This document shows positions 1 to 9,034 of a stretch of DNA of 24,551 bases, piece by piece. The position numbers and the translations under genes are program-made. The DNA is from a virus (lineage: Duplodnaviria; Caudoviricetes), in the IMG/VR virus record IMGVR_UViG_3300037991_001364, positions 1 to 24,551 of that record. One strand, given 5' to 3'. Position 1 is the stretch's first letter. Each line of letters begins with the position of its first letter. The notes below the pieces were generated by a model. That model was not told where the DNA came from. It searched no databases and saw only the letters and a program-made list of their open reading frames with translations.

Positions 1-75
1 GATACAGGACCCGTCTTCTTGGCCTTGTATCCGCACAACTTCTGGATATTTGTTGTAGATAGCTTGATGGTTCAT
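1..75 (-). CDS. Partial (3'-truncated) putative tail fibre assembly chaperone-like protein
   Basis: Not in the ORF track. ATG at 75 overlaps the upstream stop (ATGA) and reads MNHQAIYNKYPEVVRIQGQEDGSCI to the window edge. It resembles the 'MxHxAIYxxYP' small proteins that follow fibre genes in marine phages and repeats the fibre/chaperone pairing seen at 812-1779. Confidence 0.65.
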   Translation of the reverse strand, partial: MNHQAIYNKYPEVVRIQGQEDGSCI

Positions 76-812
76 GCTGCAATCTCCCAGACAATCATGG
101 ATGACGATAGTCGTTCATAATGGGCGCTGTTGACGTCGCCTACCGTGCGGTTCGTATACAGAGTGGCTGTAACATTGCCAGATTGTCTTACAAAAAATTT
201 CATAGTAAAGGTTGAATTGCCTAAGCCTGTAAAAAGGTGGCTATAAAAAGTAGATTCTGGTGTACTATTAGCGTCTGCTTGATGGTACTGATTGAAAACA
301 GTGGATGAACCTACTGGGTGATTTGTACCCATATTGAAACCTAAATGCTGGCTAGGTGGATTAGACGTACCTGCAGCAAATACCATATCCCAGTTAGTTG
401 TAGAAGATAGCTCTCCATTCCACCGTACTTGCACATAAAACTTGCTGTTAGTGCCAACTGGAGTAACAGAAGTTGCCAAATCTGTAATCTCACTCCAAGA
501 ACTATTATTTGTAGAAACAGAGGATGTAAGTTGTTCTTGATTGTAAACAACCTGCAAAACCTTGCCGCCTGACGGAGTGTCAAAAGACAGCGAACCTGAC
601 CCATCGGTTTTTAAAAATTGACCAGCCGACCCGTCTGAACTTGGGTAAGCCAACGAATTGATCTTAGTGACATCTATGTTCCCGTTCCCGTCTTTGGCAA
701 CAATTTCGCCCGCAGTAGCTGGCACAGTCAACGCTATGTCTGAGCTAACCGAGGTAGGTACGTCTAGTTCGACGGAACCGCCGCCAGACTCTGCTTTTAG
801 CTTGATTGACAT
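72..812 (-). CDS. Short tail-fibre-like / putative receptor-binding protein (246 aa)
   Basis: N-terminal MSIKL..GSVELDVP, linker YPSSDGSAGQFLKTDGSGSLSF, then KVLQVV and a C-terminal SMIVWEIAA. Paralogous to 1135-1779. Start overlaps the upstream stop (TAATG). Confidence 0.7.
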   Translation of the reverse strand: MSIKLKAESGGGSVELDVPTSVSSDIALTVPATAGEIVAKDGNGNIDVTKINSLAYPSSDGSAGQFLKTDGSGSLSFDTPSGGKVLQVVYNQEQLTSSVSTNNSSWSEITDLATSVTPVGTNSKFYVQVRWNGELSSTTNWDMVFAAGTSNPPSQHLGFNMGTNHPVGSSTVFNQYHQADANSTPESTFYSHLFTGLGNSTFTMKFFVRQSGNVTATLYTNRTVGDVNSAHYERLSSSMIVWEIAA

Positions 813-1138
813 TACAGTTCAGGCCAGGGAGGGTTTGCAGGGTCGGACGTGTTTGCAGGCAAGTCACGCAAAGCCTGACGATATTTTTTCATAGCGTCAG
901 AAAGCTCTGTGTCCTTCAAAGCTGCGTAGTCCGTTTTAGCCAGCAGTTCATCACGCTTTTCACGCAGCTCGTTCCAAGGAGCTAATTCTCTAAGCCTTAC
1001 AATCTCAGCCTCAATGTCGCTAGGCGTAGGTTCTGACTGCTTCGAGTCAATCCAAGTCAATACATCACCTCGGAGCACCCATTCAGCTCCAGGGCGCAAT
1101 GAATTAAGAGCCTCTACTTTGGTAATTGGATTGATCAT
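812..1138 (-). CDS. Tail fibre assembly chaperone-like protein (108 aa)
   Basis: ALNSLRPGAEW N-terminus and LREKRDELLAKTDY...YRQALRDLP...PWP C-terminus, typical of tail fibre assembly proteins. ATGA overlap with the upstream gene. Confidence 0.8.
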   Translation of the reverse strand: MINPITKVEALNSLRPGAEWVLRGDVLTWIDSKQSEPTPSDIEAEIVRLRELAPWNELREKRDELLAKTDYAALKDTELSDAMKKYRQALRDLPANTSDPANPPWPEL

Positions 1139-1779
1139 CCTCTAATCTCCAACAGCGTAATCTTAGATGTAGACGGGATAGCGTCGGAACTTCTGGTCAA
1201 GGTAAGAGTGCAGTTGCCGGCATATGGTCTGCCTTGGCACTTATAGGTGATCGCGCTTGCCGTGCTAGGAGAATCGACAAACGAAATAGGGTAAATATCA
1301 ATAATCGTTCCCATAGAAGTTTCGTATTTTGCAAACGGATTGACGCCAACAGCAGGCGATTGATAAACAGTGGTTGTACCCCTTAGAACTCTTAACCCCA
1401 TTCCGTTCTGCGTAGTGCCACCAGTGAGCGCCCATTGCACAGCGTGGTGAACCAAAACCAAAATTTTGCTGCTTGTGCTTTTTGGCGTAATGGTGGCTTG
1501 CAGGCCAGAATCTACATATGACAAAGCAGTAGTGACAACTTGTGTCTGTGTAGTGCCTTCTACTACCTGCAAGATGTTGCCGGGCTCTTCAACGGCAATT
1601 GTGCCGCTGGTTGGCATAGTCGTACTGGAAAAAGATAAATTATTTGATGCGTCAGTCTTGAGCACTGTGTTGGCAGCGCCGGGCAGCCCTGGCAGCGTAA
1701 ACGTCAGATTGCCGTCGCACTCTGCGGGAACGTCTAGTTCAACCGAGCCAAATGTTGCACCGTTTAACTTGATGCCCAT
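1135..1779 (-). CDS. Short tail-fibre-like / putative receptor-binding protein (214 aa)
   Basis: MGIKLNGATFGSVELDVP, VLKTDASNNLSF, NILQVV, ITPKSTSSKILV, DSPST...ITYK, SKITLLEI. This beta-rich family is common in marine phage tail cassettes. Confidence 0.7.
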   Translation of the reverse strand: MGIKLNGATFGSVELDVPAECDGNLTFTLPGLPGAANTVLKTDASNNLSFSSTTMPTSGTIAVEEPGNILQVVEGTTQTQVVTTALSYVDSGLQATITPKSTSSKILVLVHHAVQWALTGGTTQNGMGLRVLRGTTTVYQSPAVGVNPFAKYETSMGTIIDIYPISFVDSPSTASAITYKCQGRPYAGNCTLTLTRSSDAIPSTSKITLLEIRG

Positions 1780-1811
1780 AGTCCGGGTGACTCAGACTCT
1801 GTAATAGACGC

Positions 1812-1841
1812 ATTATAGGCAGCAACCATCTCAGGGGTCTA
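1812..1841 (-). promoter_or_regulatory. Putative sigma70-like promoter for the distal fibre cassette
   Basis: Minus strand TAGACC (1841-1836), 18-nt spacer, perfect TATAAT (1817-1812), in a 71-nt intergenic gap upstream of the ATG at 1779. Confidence 0.5.
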
Positions 1842-1850
1842 CAGCCACGG

Positions 1851-3482
1851 TTACACGACAACCCAATTGGAAGTCGCGGGAACAGTGACCACCGCACCTG
1901 AGTTGATTGTCAGAGGGCCTGCGCTGATCGCATTTTTGTTTGCCGTAATCGTGTAACTCGACGTCACCACATTGTCGTGTTCATAAGCAAACTGATCTGT
2001 GCTGCCGCCAGACGCGCCACCGCCAATACTTCCCCACGCAGTGCCGTTATGGCCCTCGAACTGTGTTGTGGTCGTATTGAATCGCATGTAGCCAGTCAGG
2101 TTTGCAGCGTTGCCGCCATCGGCTGGCCGGTCGGTTGTCACCCCGTGAGGCAAAGCCACCGCGTCTGTTCCGTTTATGTCGAGCGTGACCGCAGGCGTGC
2201 AATTGATGCCAACACGGTTTGCGCTTACATCAACAAAAAGCCTGTCGGTATCAACCGTTAAATCTTGGTCGCCAAAATCTGCATCAATCTTAGTGCCTGC
2301 AATCGCAGCGGATGAGTTGATGTCTGCATTGACGATTGTGTCATCAGCAATTTTTGCCGATGTGATTTGAGAATCTGCAATATGCGCAGTATCGATTGAT
2401 CCATCAACGTAATGTTCAGAGTTAATGGAATCATCGGCAATCTTTGTGCCGTCTATTGCGTCTGCAGCTATCTTTGCAGTTGTAACTTGAGAGTCTGCAA
2501 TATGCGCAGTGTCAATCGAACCGTCTACATAATGCTCTGAGTTGATCGAATCATCGGCAATCTTTGTACCATTTACAGCGTCTGCAGCCAGCTTGGCATC
2601 TGTAATCTGAAGGTCAGCAATATGCGCGGTGTCAATCGACCCATCAACGTAATGCTCAGAATTGATTGAGTCATCTGCGATCTTGTCGCTGTTGATTGCA
2701 TCATTGGCAATGTATGCAGTCGCAATGGCAGTCCCGTTCCAAACGCCGGTTGCGATTGTTCCAACGCTTGTCAAGCTAGAAGCAGTAACGCCGCTGCCCA
2801 GCGTGCTGCCACTAAGAACACTAGCGCCGTTAATTTTGAATTCTTTGCCAGAGATTAGGTTTACATGCTCAGAAAAGTCCCAACTACTTGACCCGTTCAC
2901 CCATGTAATTGTGTGATCAGTGGAGCCCTTCAGGGTGATGCCGCCACCGTCAGCCGTCGTGTCAGTTGGTGTGCCAACTTTGCCGATCTCAATGTTTTTA
3001 TCCTCAACCGTCAAAGTGGTTGAATCAATTGTTGTGGTCGTGCCTTGAACAGTTAGGTTCCCAGGGACAGTGACTCCGGTTGCTGCCACAACGAATGCTT
3101 GCGTTCCACCGGCTGTGATGCCTACTTGGTCCGCTGCTGGTTGGTAAATGCCAGTGTTCACGTCACCAGCAAATGCAATTGTTGGGGCGGAATTGGTTCC
3201 TGCTGTTTTGAAGTCAAACTGGCCAGTTGCGCTTATGTTCAAGCGCTCTCCGCCAGCAGTTGAAACACCAATGGTGTTGTCTGCCGAAAGGAATAAACCA
3301 GTGTCGTTATCTCCATCAAACGCGATGCTTGGAGCAGCAGCCGTTCCGGTGCCTGCATTTTCCATCATGTCAGCGATGCTGACCTTCTTTGTGACGTTGC
3401 TGCCTATGTCAACCACGGCAACCACGTCTGTGCTGGTTGGCACGTTGTACGCCGCCAAGTCTGTGATTTTGATGTCAGCCAT
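1851..3482 (-). CDS. Long tail fibre protein with internal repeats (543 aa)
   Basis: MADIKITDL start, two 'GT..APSI.F.GD..TG.Y' repeats, a VQGTTTTIDSTTLTVEDKNIEIG segment, a 10/40-aa periodic shaft, GYMRFNTTTTQFEG, and a C-terminal YTITANKNAISAGPLTINSGAVVTVP..WVVV. Confidence 0.8.
   Translation of the reverse strand: MADIKITDLAAYNVPTSTDVVAVVDIGSNVTKKVSIADMMENAGTGTAAAPSIAFDGDNDTGLFLSADNTIGVSTAGGERLNISATGQFDFKTAGTNSAPTIAFAGDVNTGIYQPAADQVGITAGGTQAFVVAATGVTVPGNLTVQGTTTTIDSTTLTVEDKNIEIGKVGTPTDTTADGGGITLKGSTDHTITWVNGSSSWDFSEHVNLISGKEFKINGASVLSGSTLGSGVTASSLTSVGTIATGVWNGTAIATAYIANDAINSDKIADDSINSEHYVDGSIDTAHIADLQITDAKLAADAVNGTKIADDSINSEHYVDGSIDTAHIADSQVTTAKIAADAIDGTKIADDSINSEHYVDGSIDTAHIADSQITSAKIADDTIVNADINSSAAIAGTKIDADFGDQDLTVDTDRLFVDVSANRVGINCTPAVTLDINGTDAVALPHGVTTDRPADGGNAANLTGYMRFNTTTTQFEGHNGTAWGSIGGGASGGSTDQFAYEHDNVVTSSYTITANKNAISAGPLTINSGAVVTVPATSNWVVV
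2292..2731 (-). repeat. Coding tandem repeat, 120-bp (40-aa) period with a 10-aa sub-period
   Basis: IADDSINSEHYVDGSIDTAHIAD occurs three times, beginning at 2681, 2561 and 2441, with degenerate 10-aa units on both sides. Confidence 0.9.
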
Positions 3483-3518
3483 GACTCAGCCGTTCAGTAA
3501 ATGAATTTTAGCCCTGCC

Positions 3519-4646
3519 CTAGGTCTTGATACAGGGGAGCAATGCGACGTTGCGTGGACGCGCCTCGGCAGCGCCGCTGGTGTTGGTTGTGGCTGAAAAA
3601 CTGTGGTTGTGGCTCGCATTGAAGTTGATTTGACGGCCATTATTGGCGTCATGGCCTTCTAAGCCTCCGACGTTGCCACCATCACTAAAAACGCCTGTGG
3701 CGAGGTTGGCTGCTTGGTGATTGCCGGGACGGAACGAGCCTGTCAAGCTTGCTGTGCTTGTCGTTCCGCTGACAGAGTGGCTGTGGCTGGCATTTTGGCC
3801 GTTTTGCACGCTGCCTAAAGTACGCCCGCTATCTATCCCCTTGCCACTGTCTAAGCCTCGCAGAAACTCGCCACGCAGGTCCGGCACGTTGAAAGTAGTA
3901 GAGCCGTTGCCTGCGCCGTAGGTTGTCCCAATGGCAGCAAACAAAGTCGCAAAGGTTGTTCGGCTTATCGCTGCACCATTAGCGTGCAAGTAGCCAGTGG
4001 GAGCAGTTGATCTGGCTGAGTAAATAATTGTCCCAGCAGGGGTCAGGTCTGTTGCTGCCGGAATCCCTGCAACTTGTGCATCAACGTACGCCTTATTGGA
4101 CGCCATGTTGTTTGTCGTGGGATTGCCAGCAAGCGTCAAATCGCCTGTCAGCGTTCCACCTGCCAACTGCAGGAAATTAGCGTTGGCGTTTGTAATCTTC
4201 AAATATCGGGCATCACCATCAGCTTCTGTAATGCCCAAGGGGTCAACACGCACAAATGCGGCGCCGTCGTAAACCTTCAGCTCATCAGGCGTTTGGCTTG
4301 TATCTAGCCACAGTTGGCCCAATGCTGGTGAGGTTGGCGCAGTGCTTGAAGGGCTGGTCGAGATTGAAGAGCCAGGCAAAAAGCTGACAATCGTAAACGT
4401 CGCGCCGTTGAAGACTTTTAAGACAGGCGGGTTAGTGCTGGTGTCTACCCAAAGCTGTCCGTTGTACGGCGCAGGGTTGGTTGGGGCACTTGAGCCAACA
4501 GTTAAGCCAAGTTGAGTCAGGACTAAGCCAAGGCTGTTAGCGGTGATGCGCCGTGTTTCGCTTGCGCTGATGCTGGTAAAGGGGAGCACGTCATTGGCTG
4601 AGATCGTGCTAGCCGAGGGCAACTGGGAAATGCGTGCGTCAGCCAT
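3519..4646 (-). CDS. Tail fibre protein with phage tail-collar domain (375 aa)
   Basis: Collar motif PAGTIIY...APTGYLHANGAAISRTTFATLFAAIGTTYGAGNGSTTFNVPDLRGEFLRG, His-x-His motifs (HSHS, HNHS), an EARPRNVALLPCIK end, and two 'APT.P..GQLW.DTS..P..LKV..G' repeats. Confidence 0.88.
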   Translation of the reverse strand: MADARISQLPSASTISANDVLPFTSISASETRRITANSLGLVLTQLGLTVGSSAPTNPAPYNGQLWVDTSTNPPVLKVFNGATFTIVSFLPGSSISTSPSSTAPTSPALGQLWLDTSQTPDELKVYDGAAFVRVDPLGITEADGDARYLKITNANANFLQLAGGTLTGDLTLAGNPTTNNMASNKAYVDAQVAGIPAATDLTPAGTIIYSARSTAPTGYLHANGAAISRTTFATLFAAIGTTYGAGNGSTTFNVPDLRGEFLRGLDSGKGIDSGRTLGSVQNGQNASHSHSVSGTTSTASLTGSFRPGNHQAANLATGVFSDGGNVGGLEGHDANNGRQINFNASHNHSFSATTNTSGAAEARPRNVALLPCIKT

Positions 4647-7600
4647 TAGAAACCAATCACCGTGATGTCAACTTCCCCCGCAACAGGGTTGCCGCTGGAG
4701 TTCAGACAACTAACTGTAACCGAGCTAGTGGTTTTTGCTTTAACGACAGCAGTCACCACATTGGGATTCGTTGTCGTTTGCAAAGCCGTGATGCTCACAC
4801 TTGAAATACCCCTGAAAGGTTTCACAAGGGGGATTGCCGTTCCACTGGCCGCGTTTGAGATGGCTACATCGTTTTGCTTTTCAATCACGTCTGGATAGTC
4901 CAGCTGCGCTGTCAGTTCAGTGATGTTGCCAGCGGTTATTCCCCCATCAGGGCTCTTGAAGGTCGTTTCAACCCTGTAAACATCCCCAAGCAATTTTTCA
5001 AATGGTGCGTAGGGGTGAACAATCCCTCCTTCTGCCAATTCAACATCTGAATAAAATCTTTGTTCAGCAAGAATCTGGAAGCCTCTTGCGGCATAGGTGC
5101 CACTTGCAGTTCCACTGAGGGTGATTGCTGTGCCGCCTTGGCTTGTCGCGACTCTAAAGGTTGTGTCCGTCAGGTCAGTGGCAACAACGTGATAAGTCGT
5201 ACCAGCCACAACACCAGTTGGGGCAGCTCCTGTGACGACTATGAATTCAAACGTGTCATTCAAAACCAAACCGTGGCTAATAGTGGCGCCATTTTGCTGA
5301 AGCGAAAAGCTGTTGTTACCGACATCAATAATCAAAGGTTTGTCTTCAAGGAAAATGTCTGAGTCATCTTCTTGGTCAACAAAGAGCGGGTTGCCTGTTA
5401 GCGCGACTAATTTGTGCTGATATGTTGCGGTAGATGTTGTGTCAAGCAGCAGTGAACTTTCCAAGTTATTGTTGTCAAAATTCCAAGTAAAAATGCTGTC
5501 AAGTTCTGGGTTGGTTTGAACAAGGTTGCCACCACTGACTTCGCAGTTGTCTTTTACACCTGGCCAGTTGCCTGGCGCTTGCGTCTTAGCGTTTACAGAT
5601 TGGACTGCGTTGCTAACAGGAGGTGCCCCAATGTTTACCAACACAAAAGCGGGGACATCTGAACGCCACTGAGTGGCGTCAACCGCTTTAACCATGACGC
5701 ACCAAGTGTCTTTGTCGAACAAACTTGTTTCAAACCACTGCTGCTGTGCAGGTAAACCGCCAGAGGCTAATTCAATACCTGCGAACCAAGACGCCTGTAA
5801 ATCAAGGCGTTGCTTAGCGCTAGCAGGACCAGCCACGTTGTAAGTGCCAGTTGCAGTGCCACTCAGGCTGATAGGAGCACCACCGTTTGTCGCGCTTACC
5901 TTGAAGCCAACGCTTGAAAAACCATCAGCCGCAACAAAGTAAGTAGTGCCATCTACAATGCCCGTGGGCAAAGCTCCTGATGAAGCAGCAAATTTAACTT
6001 GGTCGCCAATATCAAATAAGTGCTGGTTGACTTTCGTGCCAATGACAGTGCCCGTCTTAATTGAAATAAGATCGGTGCTGACATCAAACTCAACGACGTT
6101 GGTCGCCAGTGTTCCTTTTTTAAATCTGACCTGATACGCGATAACGTCTGAAACTACGCTTTGGTCCCAGCTCCCATAGATACTTAGCGGAAGCTGCCAG
6201 CTAAAACGCTTTCCGTCGCTTTTCTGGTTTTCTACGACCCCAAAATTGCTTGGTGTTGGCGGCGTAATTTCTTCGCGTTCGACAAGATCGAATATGTAAT
6301 CAGTCGGTTCTTCGCCAAAAATTTTACTTGTGAAATTGACACGCACGTCGTAAGTGTCTGGTGCGTGGAACGCTTGAGTGTAATAACCAGTAAGAGGAAT
6401 ATCCGCTAAGAAATACCAACCTTCCGCGTTAGGTGGTTTTACGCCTGGAATCTCACCCGTGGTCAAGGTTTGAGGCTTTACCCAGCACCTGTAGCCATTG
6501 ATTCGTTCAGGGATTGGGCACGTCCCAGAATCCACAATCAGCAAATGCGTGCCGTCAGGCTGGCTTGCGTGCGTTAGTGTCGCCCCAAACTCTGGTGCGC
6601 TTAGATCTGGAATCGGCGGGAAGGGGTCAACGTCATAGCTGACAAATTCAGACTGGCTGCCAAGTCGGTTTACAGTCGCCACCCGAACCTGATAACTGTT
6701 GCCAAACACATGGTTTTGCAAAGGAATTTCGACCGTGGTCGCCTGCACTGTGACAACATCACTCCACTCAGTGTCTCCGGTTTTTCGCCATTGATACCTA
6801 TAGCCTTTGATAAGCAGGTCAACTGTATTGTTGAACTGAGGAGCCTTCCAAGACGCTTTGATTGATGTTTGCCCGTTAGAGAATTCAAGGTCAGCATCAA
6901 AATTGGTGGGCGGAGTGACCTGCTGTAGCTTGAATGAATCCTTAGGGATTGCTACAGGCAAGTCATTATCGACAAAGCCATATTTGCTAGCGTTGTATTG
7001 GATTGCTTCGACTTGATAGATTAACGGTGACACCTCTGCGATTGAAACGATCCTAAATGTGGCCGCCTGCATCGCGCTCCACTCAAGGACCCATAGAGCG
7101 CCCGTCTGTGATTCAACAACTGCATTTAATTCAAGCTTTGTGTTCTTAGATTCGCTGGTGACAACACGAGCAATTAAGTTGTCATCGTCTTGTGTCAATA
7201 AGTTATCGGTTGTGCTTTGACGTTGAATTTTGAACTCTTGGGTTTCTTGATTTACCTCAGTTGAGCTGACCACATTGAAGACCTGAAGCTTCGGTCGTGT
7301 TGTTTTTGTACCATCCCCGTTGGTTAGTGTCTCGCCATCTGGAACAACTAGCGTCAGTGTGTACGCCGTTCCAGGAGACAACGCCAGCACTGCATCAAGC
7401 GTGACTGTGTTGCCGTCTATTGCAACAATGCGCCCACCTAAACGTTGCCCCTGCCTAAGCGGGTCAGCAATCTGAATAATTTCTCCAACACCGGCAGCTA
7501 GCCCTTCTGCGCCAATACGAAAACTCACCTTTTCAGTCTCGTATCTGTCGCTGAACAGGGTGTGCTTGGCTGCTCGCAGAGCTTGACCGCGAGAAGTAAC

Positions 7601-9034
7601 CCCTATTAAGCGAAGATCGACAGGGTTATAGCCAAACTTGTCCAGCAACTCATCATCCTGCTGGTACTCGGTGACTGAACTGTAGGCTTGACTAGGGTCA
7701 TCCCAGTTTGCAAGCACAACAGTTTTACGCGCTGCACGCGCAGTCCCGGAGTAGTTAAAGCATGGCGTTGAAACCCTGCCGTCCTCTGTAGTCTCTTGAA
7801 TAACATTTGCCTCGCTAAATTGCTGCACAGGATCTTGCAGACGATCTTGCGTCAGGTACAGCTCGCCTTCGCTGTAGTAAATCAATCCACGGAAGCAGGA
7901 CGCTAGCGCGTTCAACACGTCATACACGCTGCCCGGATTTTGCAAATACACATTGCACGTAAAACGGGGCTCAGTTCCACCTGATCCGTTGGGCACGCTC
8001 TCATCGCAATACTGACTAACGGTGTAGAGATACCAAGGATCAATCGCGATTGAATTTACATAACGCTTGACTCCAAACCTTTCGTTTAAAACAATGTCTC
8101 TAAAGATCCAAGCAGGATTATCGGTCCACGCCATTTGGAATGTCCCGTCCCAGACTCCTGTGTAAGTTCGAGTGGCCGCGTTGTAATTGGTAGGAACTTG
8201 AACTCGCTTGCCGCGCACTTTTGCCGACAGATCAGGAATAGTGTTGAACTGTCTTGCGTCAATTTTGAGCGCAACACATGCTGTGTTGGGGTAGGCAAGC
8301 TTTTCATCAATGATTTCGACGTAAGCCTGCCACGAAATACTGTTTTGGATAAACGCAGAACTGCTATCCGCAGTCAAGCGAGTGACGCGAAGATTCCAAG
8401 GCCCTGTCCCAGGCAAGGCAAACTCATACGCTCGCTGAAATTCACTGTTTGATTTGCCGCTTACTGTTGGCTGTGCGACAGTTGTATAAGCACCGCCATT
8501 TGAATTGACTTCAATCCGATAACTGACCGAAGTGCCGTTAATGTCTCCGGTGTCTGGGTTTTGAGCTTGTAACGCAGGGTGCGAAATAATCACCCTCGCA
8601 CGTTCAGTGTCTGTATCGGTGATAGCTCTAGTGACTGCCCCAGTAGCCTGAGTGACAGGAACATTTACGCCGACAGTATTTTCTGCTTGGCTAAAACCTG
8701 GGATTGGAGTCTGCGTTGCATCGTCACCATCGCGAGAATCAAGAGTAAATCCTTCAAAATTTGTAGAATTGTCTGGATTGCGGATTGGGACTCCATCAAG
8801 ATAAACGTCCTTTTCAATGCCGTTAGGAAACCCCTCTATTTCACCCTCAGACAACGCATAAACAGTTTTTGCAAATGCAACCGAAAAAAGATTGTTAGCC
8901 GCTTCTACTGGCTGCTTCGCCGTAGGGGACTGGATAATTGTTTGCTGGATGACAGTTTGCGGCTGTGACTTTCCGCCGCCTCCACCGCCAGCGCCGCTGA
9001 CTTCTACTTCTGTTTTTTGCGTGTCACTGTCCAT
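4646..9034 (-). CDS. Tail tip attachment / host-specificity protein (lambda gpJ-like, about 1462 aa)
   Basis: LSEGEIEG, KLAYPNTA, WDGTFQMAWTDNPAWI, LYTVSQYCDE..EPRFTCN, GVTSRGQALRAA and FN3-like segments. ATG at 9034 overlaps the gpI-like stop (TGATG); the track starts one codon earlier at 9037. Confidence 0.92.
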   Translation of the reverse strand: MDSDTQKTEVEVSGAGGGGGGKSQPQTVIQQTIIQSPTAKQPVEAANNLFSVAFAKTVYALSEGEIEGFPNGIEKDVYLDGVPIRNPDNSTNFEGFTLDSRDGDDATQTPIPGFSQAENTVGVNVPVTQATGAVTRAITDTDTERARVIISHPALQAQNPDTGDINGTSVSYRIEVNSNGGAYTTVAQPTVSGKSNSEFQRAYEFALPGTGPWNLRVTRLTADSSSAFIQNSISWQAYVEIIDEKLAYPNTACVALKIDARQFNTIPDLSAKVRGKRVQVPTNYNAATRTYTGVWDGTFQMAWTDNPAWIFRDIVLNERFGVKRYVNSIAIDPWYLYTVSQYCDESVPNGSGGTEPRFTCNVYLQNPGSVYDVLNALASCFRGLIYYSEGELYLTQDRLQDPVQQFSEANVIQETTEDGRVSTPCFNYSGTARAARKTVVLANWDDPSQAYSSVTEYQQDDELLDKFGYNPVDLRLIGVTSRGQALRAAKHTLFSDRYETEKVSFRIGAEGLAAGVGEIIQIADPLRQGQRLGGRIVAIDGNTVTLDAVLALSPGTAYTLTLVVPDGETLTNGDGTKTTRPKLQVFNVVSSTEVNQETQEFKIQRQSTTDNLLTQDDDNLIARVVTSESKNTKLELNAVVESQTGALWVLEWSAMQAATFRIVSIAEVSPLIYQVEAIQYNASKYGFVDNDLPVAIPKDSFKLQQVTPPTNFDADLEFSNGQTSIKASWKAPQFNNTVDLLIKGYRYQWRKTGDTEWSDVVTVQATTVEIPLQNHVFGNSYQVRVATVNRLGSQSEFVSYDVDPFPPIPDLSAPEFGATLTHASQPDGTHLLIVDSGTCPIPERINGYRCWVKPQTLTTGEIPGVKPPNAEGWYFLADIPLTGYYTQAFHAPDTYDVRVNFTSKIFGEEPTDYIFDLVEREEITPPTPSNFGVVENQKSDGKRFSWQLPLSIYGSWDQSVVSDVIAYQVRFKKGTLATNVVEFDVSTDLISIKTGTVIGTKVNQHLFDIGDQVKFAASSGALPTGIVDGTTYFVAADGFSSVGFKVSATNGGAPISLSGTATGTYNVAGPASAKQRLDLQASWFAGIELASGGLPAQQQWFETSLFDKDTWCVMVKAVDATQWRSDVPAFVLVNIGAPPVSNAVQSVNAKTQAPGNWPGVKDNCEVSGGNLVQTNPELDSIFTWNFDNNNLESSLLLDTTSTATYQHKLVALTGNPLFVDQEDDSDIFLEDKPLIIDVGNNSFSLQQNGATISHGLVLNDTFEFIVVTGAAPTGVVAGTTYHVVATDLTDTTFRVATSQGGTAITLSGTASGTYAARGFQILAEQRFYSDVELAEGGIVHPYAPFEKLLGDVYRVETTFKSPDGGITAGNITELTAQLDYPDVIEKQNDVAISNAASGTAIPLVKPFRGISSVSITALQTTTNPNVVTAVVKAKTTSSVTVSCLNSSGNPVAGEVDITVIGF

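Noticed and set aside
2292-2731. 120-bp periodic repeats as a CRISPR array or a DGR template/variable repeat pair
   Set aside because: The repeats are in-frame coding with synonymous differences, not adenine-specific ones; there are no unique spacers and no cas or reverse transcriptase gene in the window.
1789-3489. Shared 8-mer CTGAGTCA in the leaders of the 543-aa and 214-aa genes
   Set aside because: Only two leader copies, at different distances from the start codon; too short to separate from chance.
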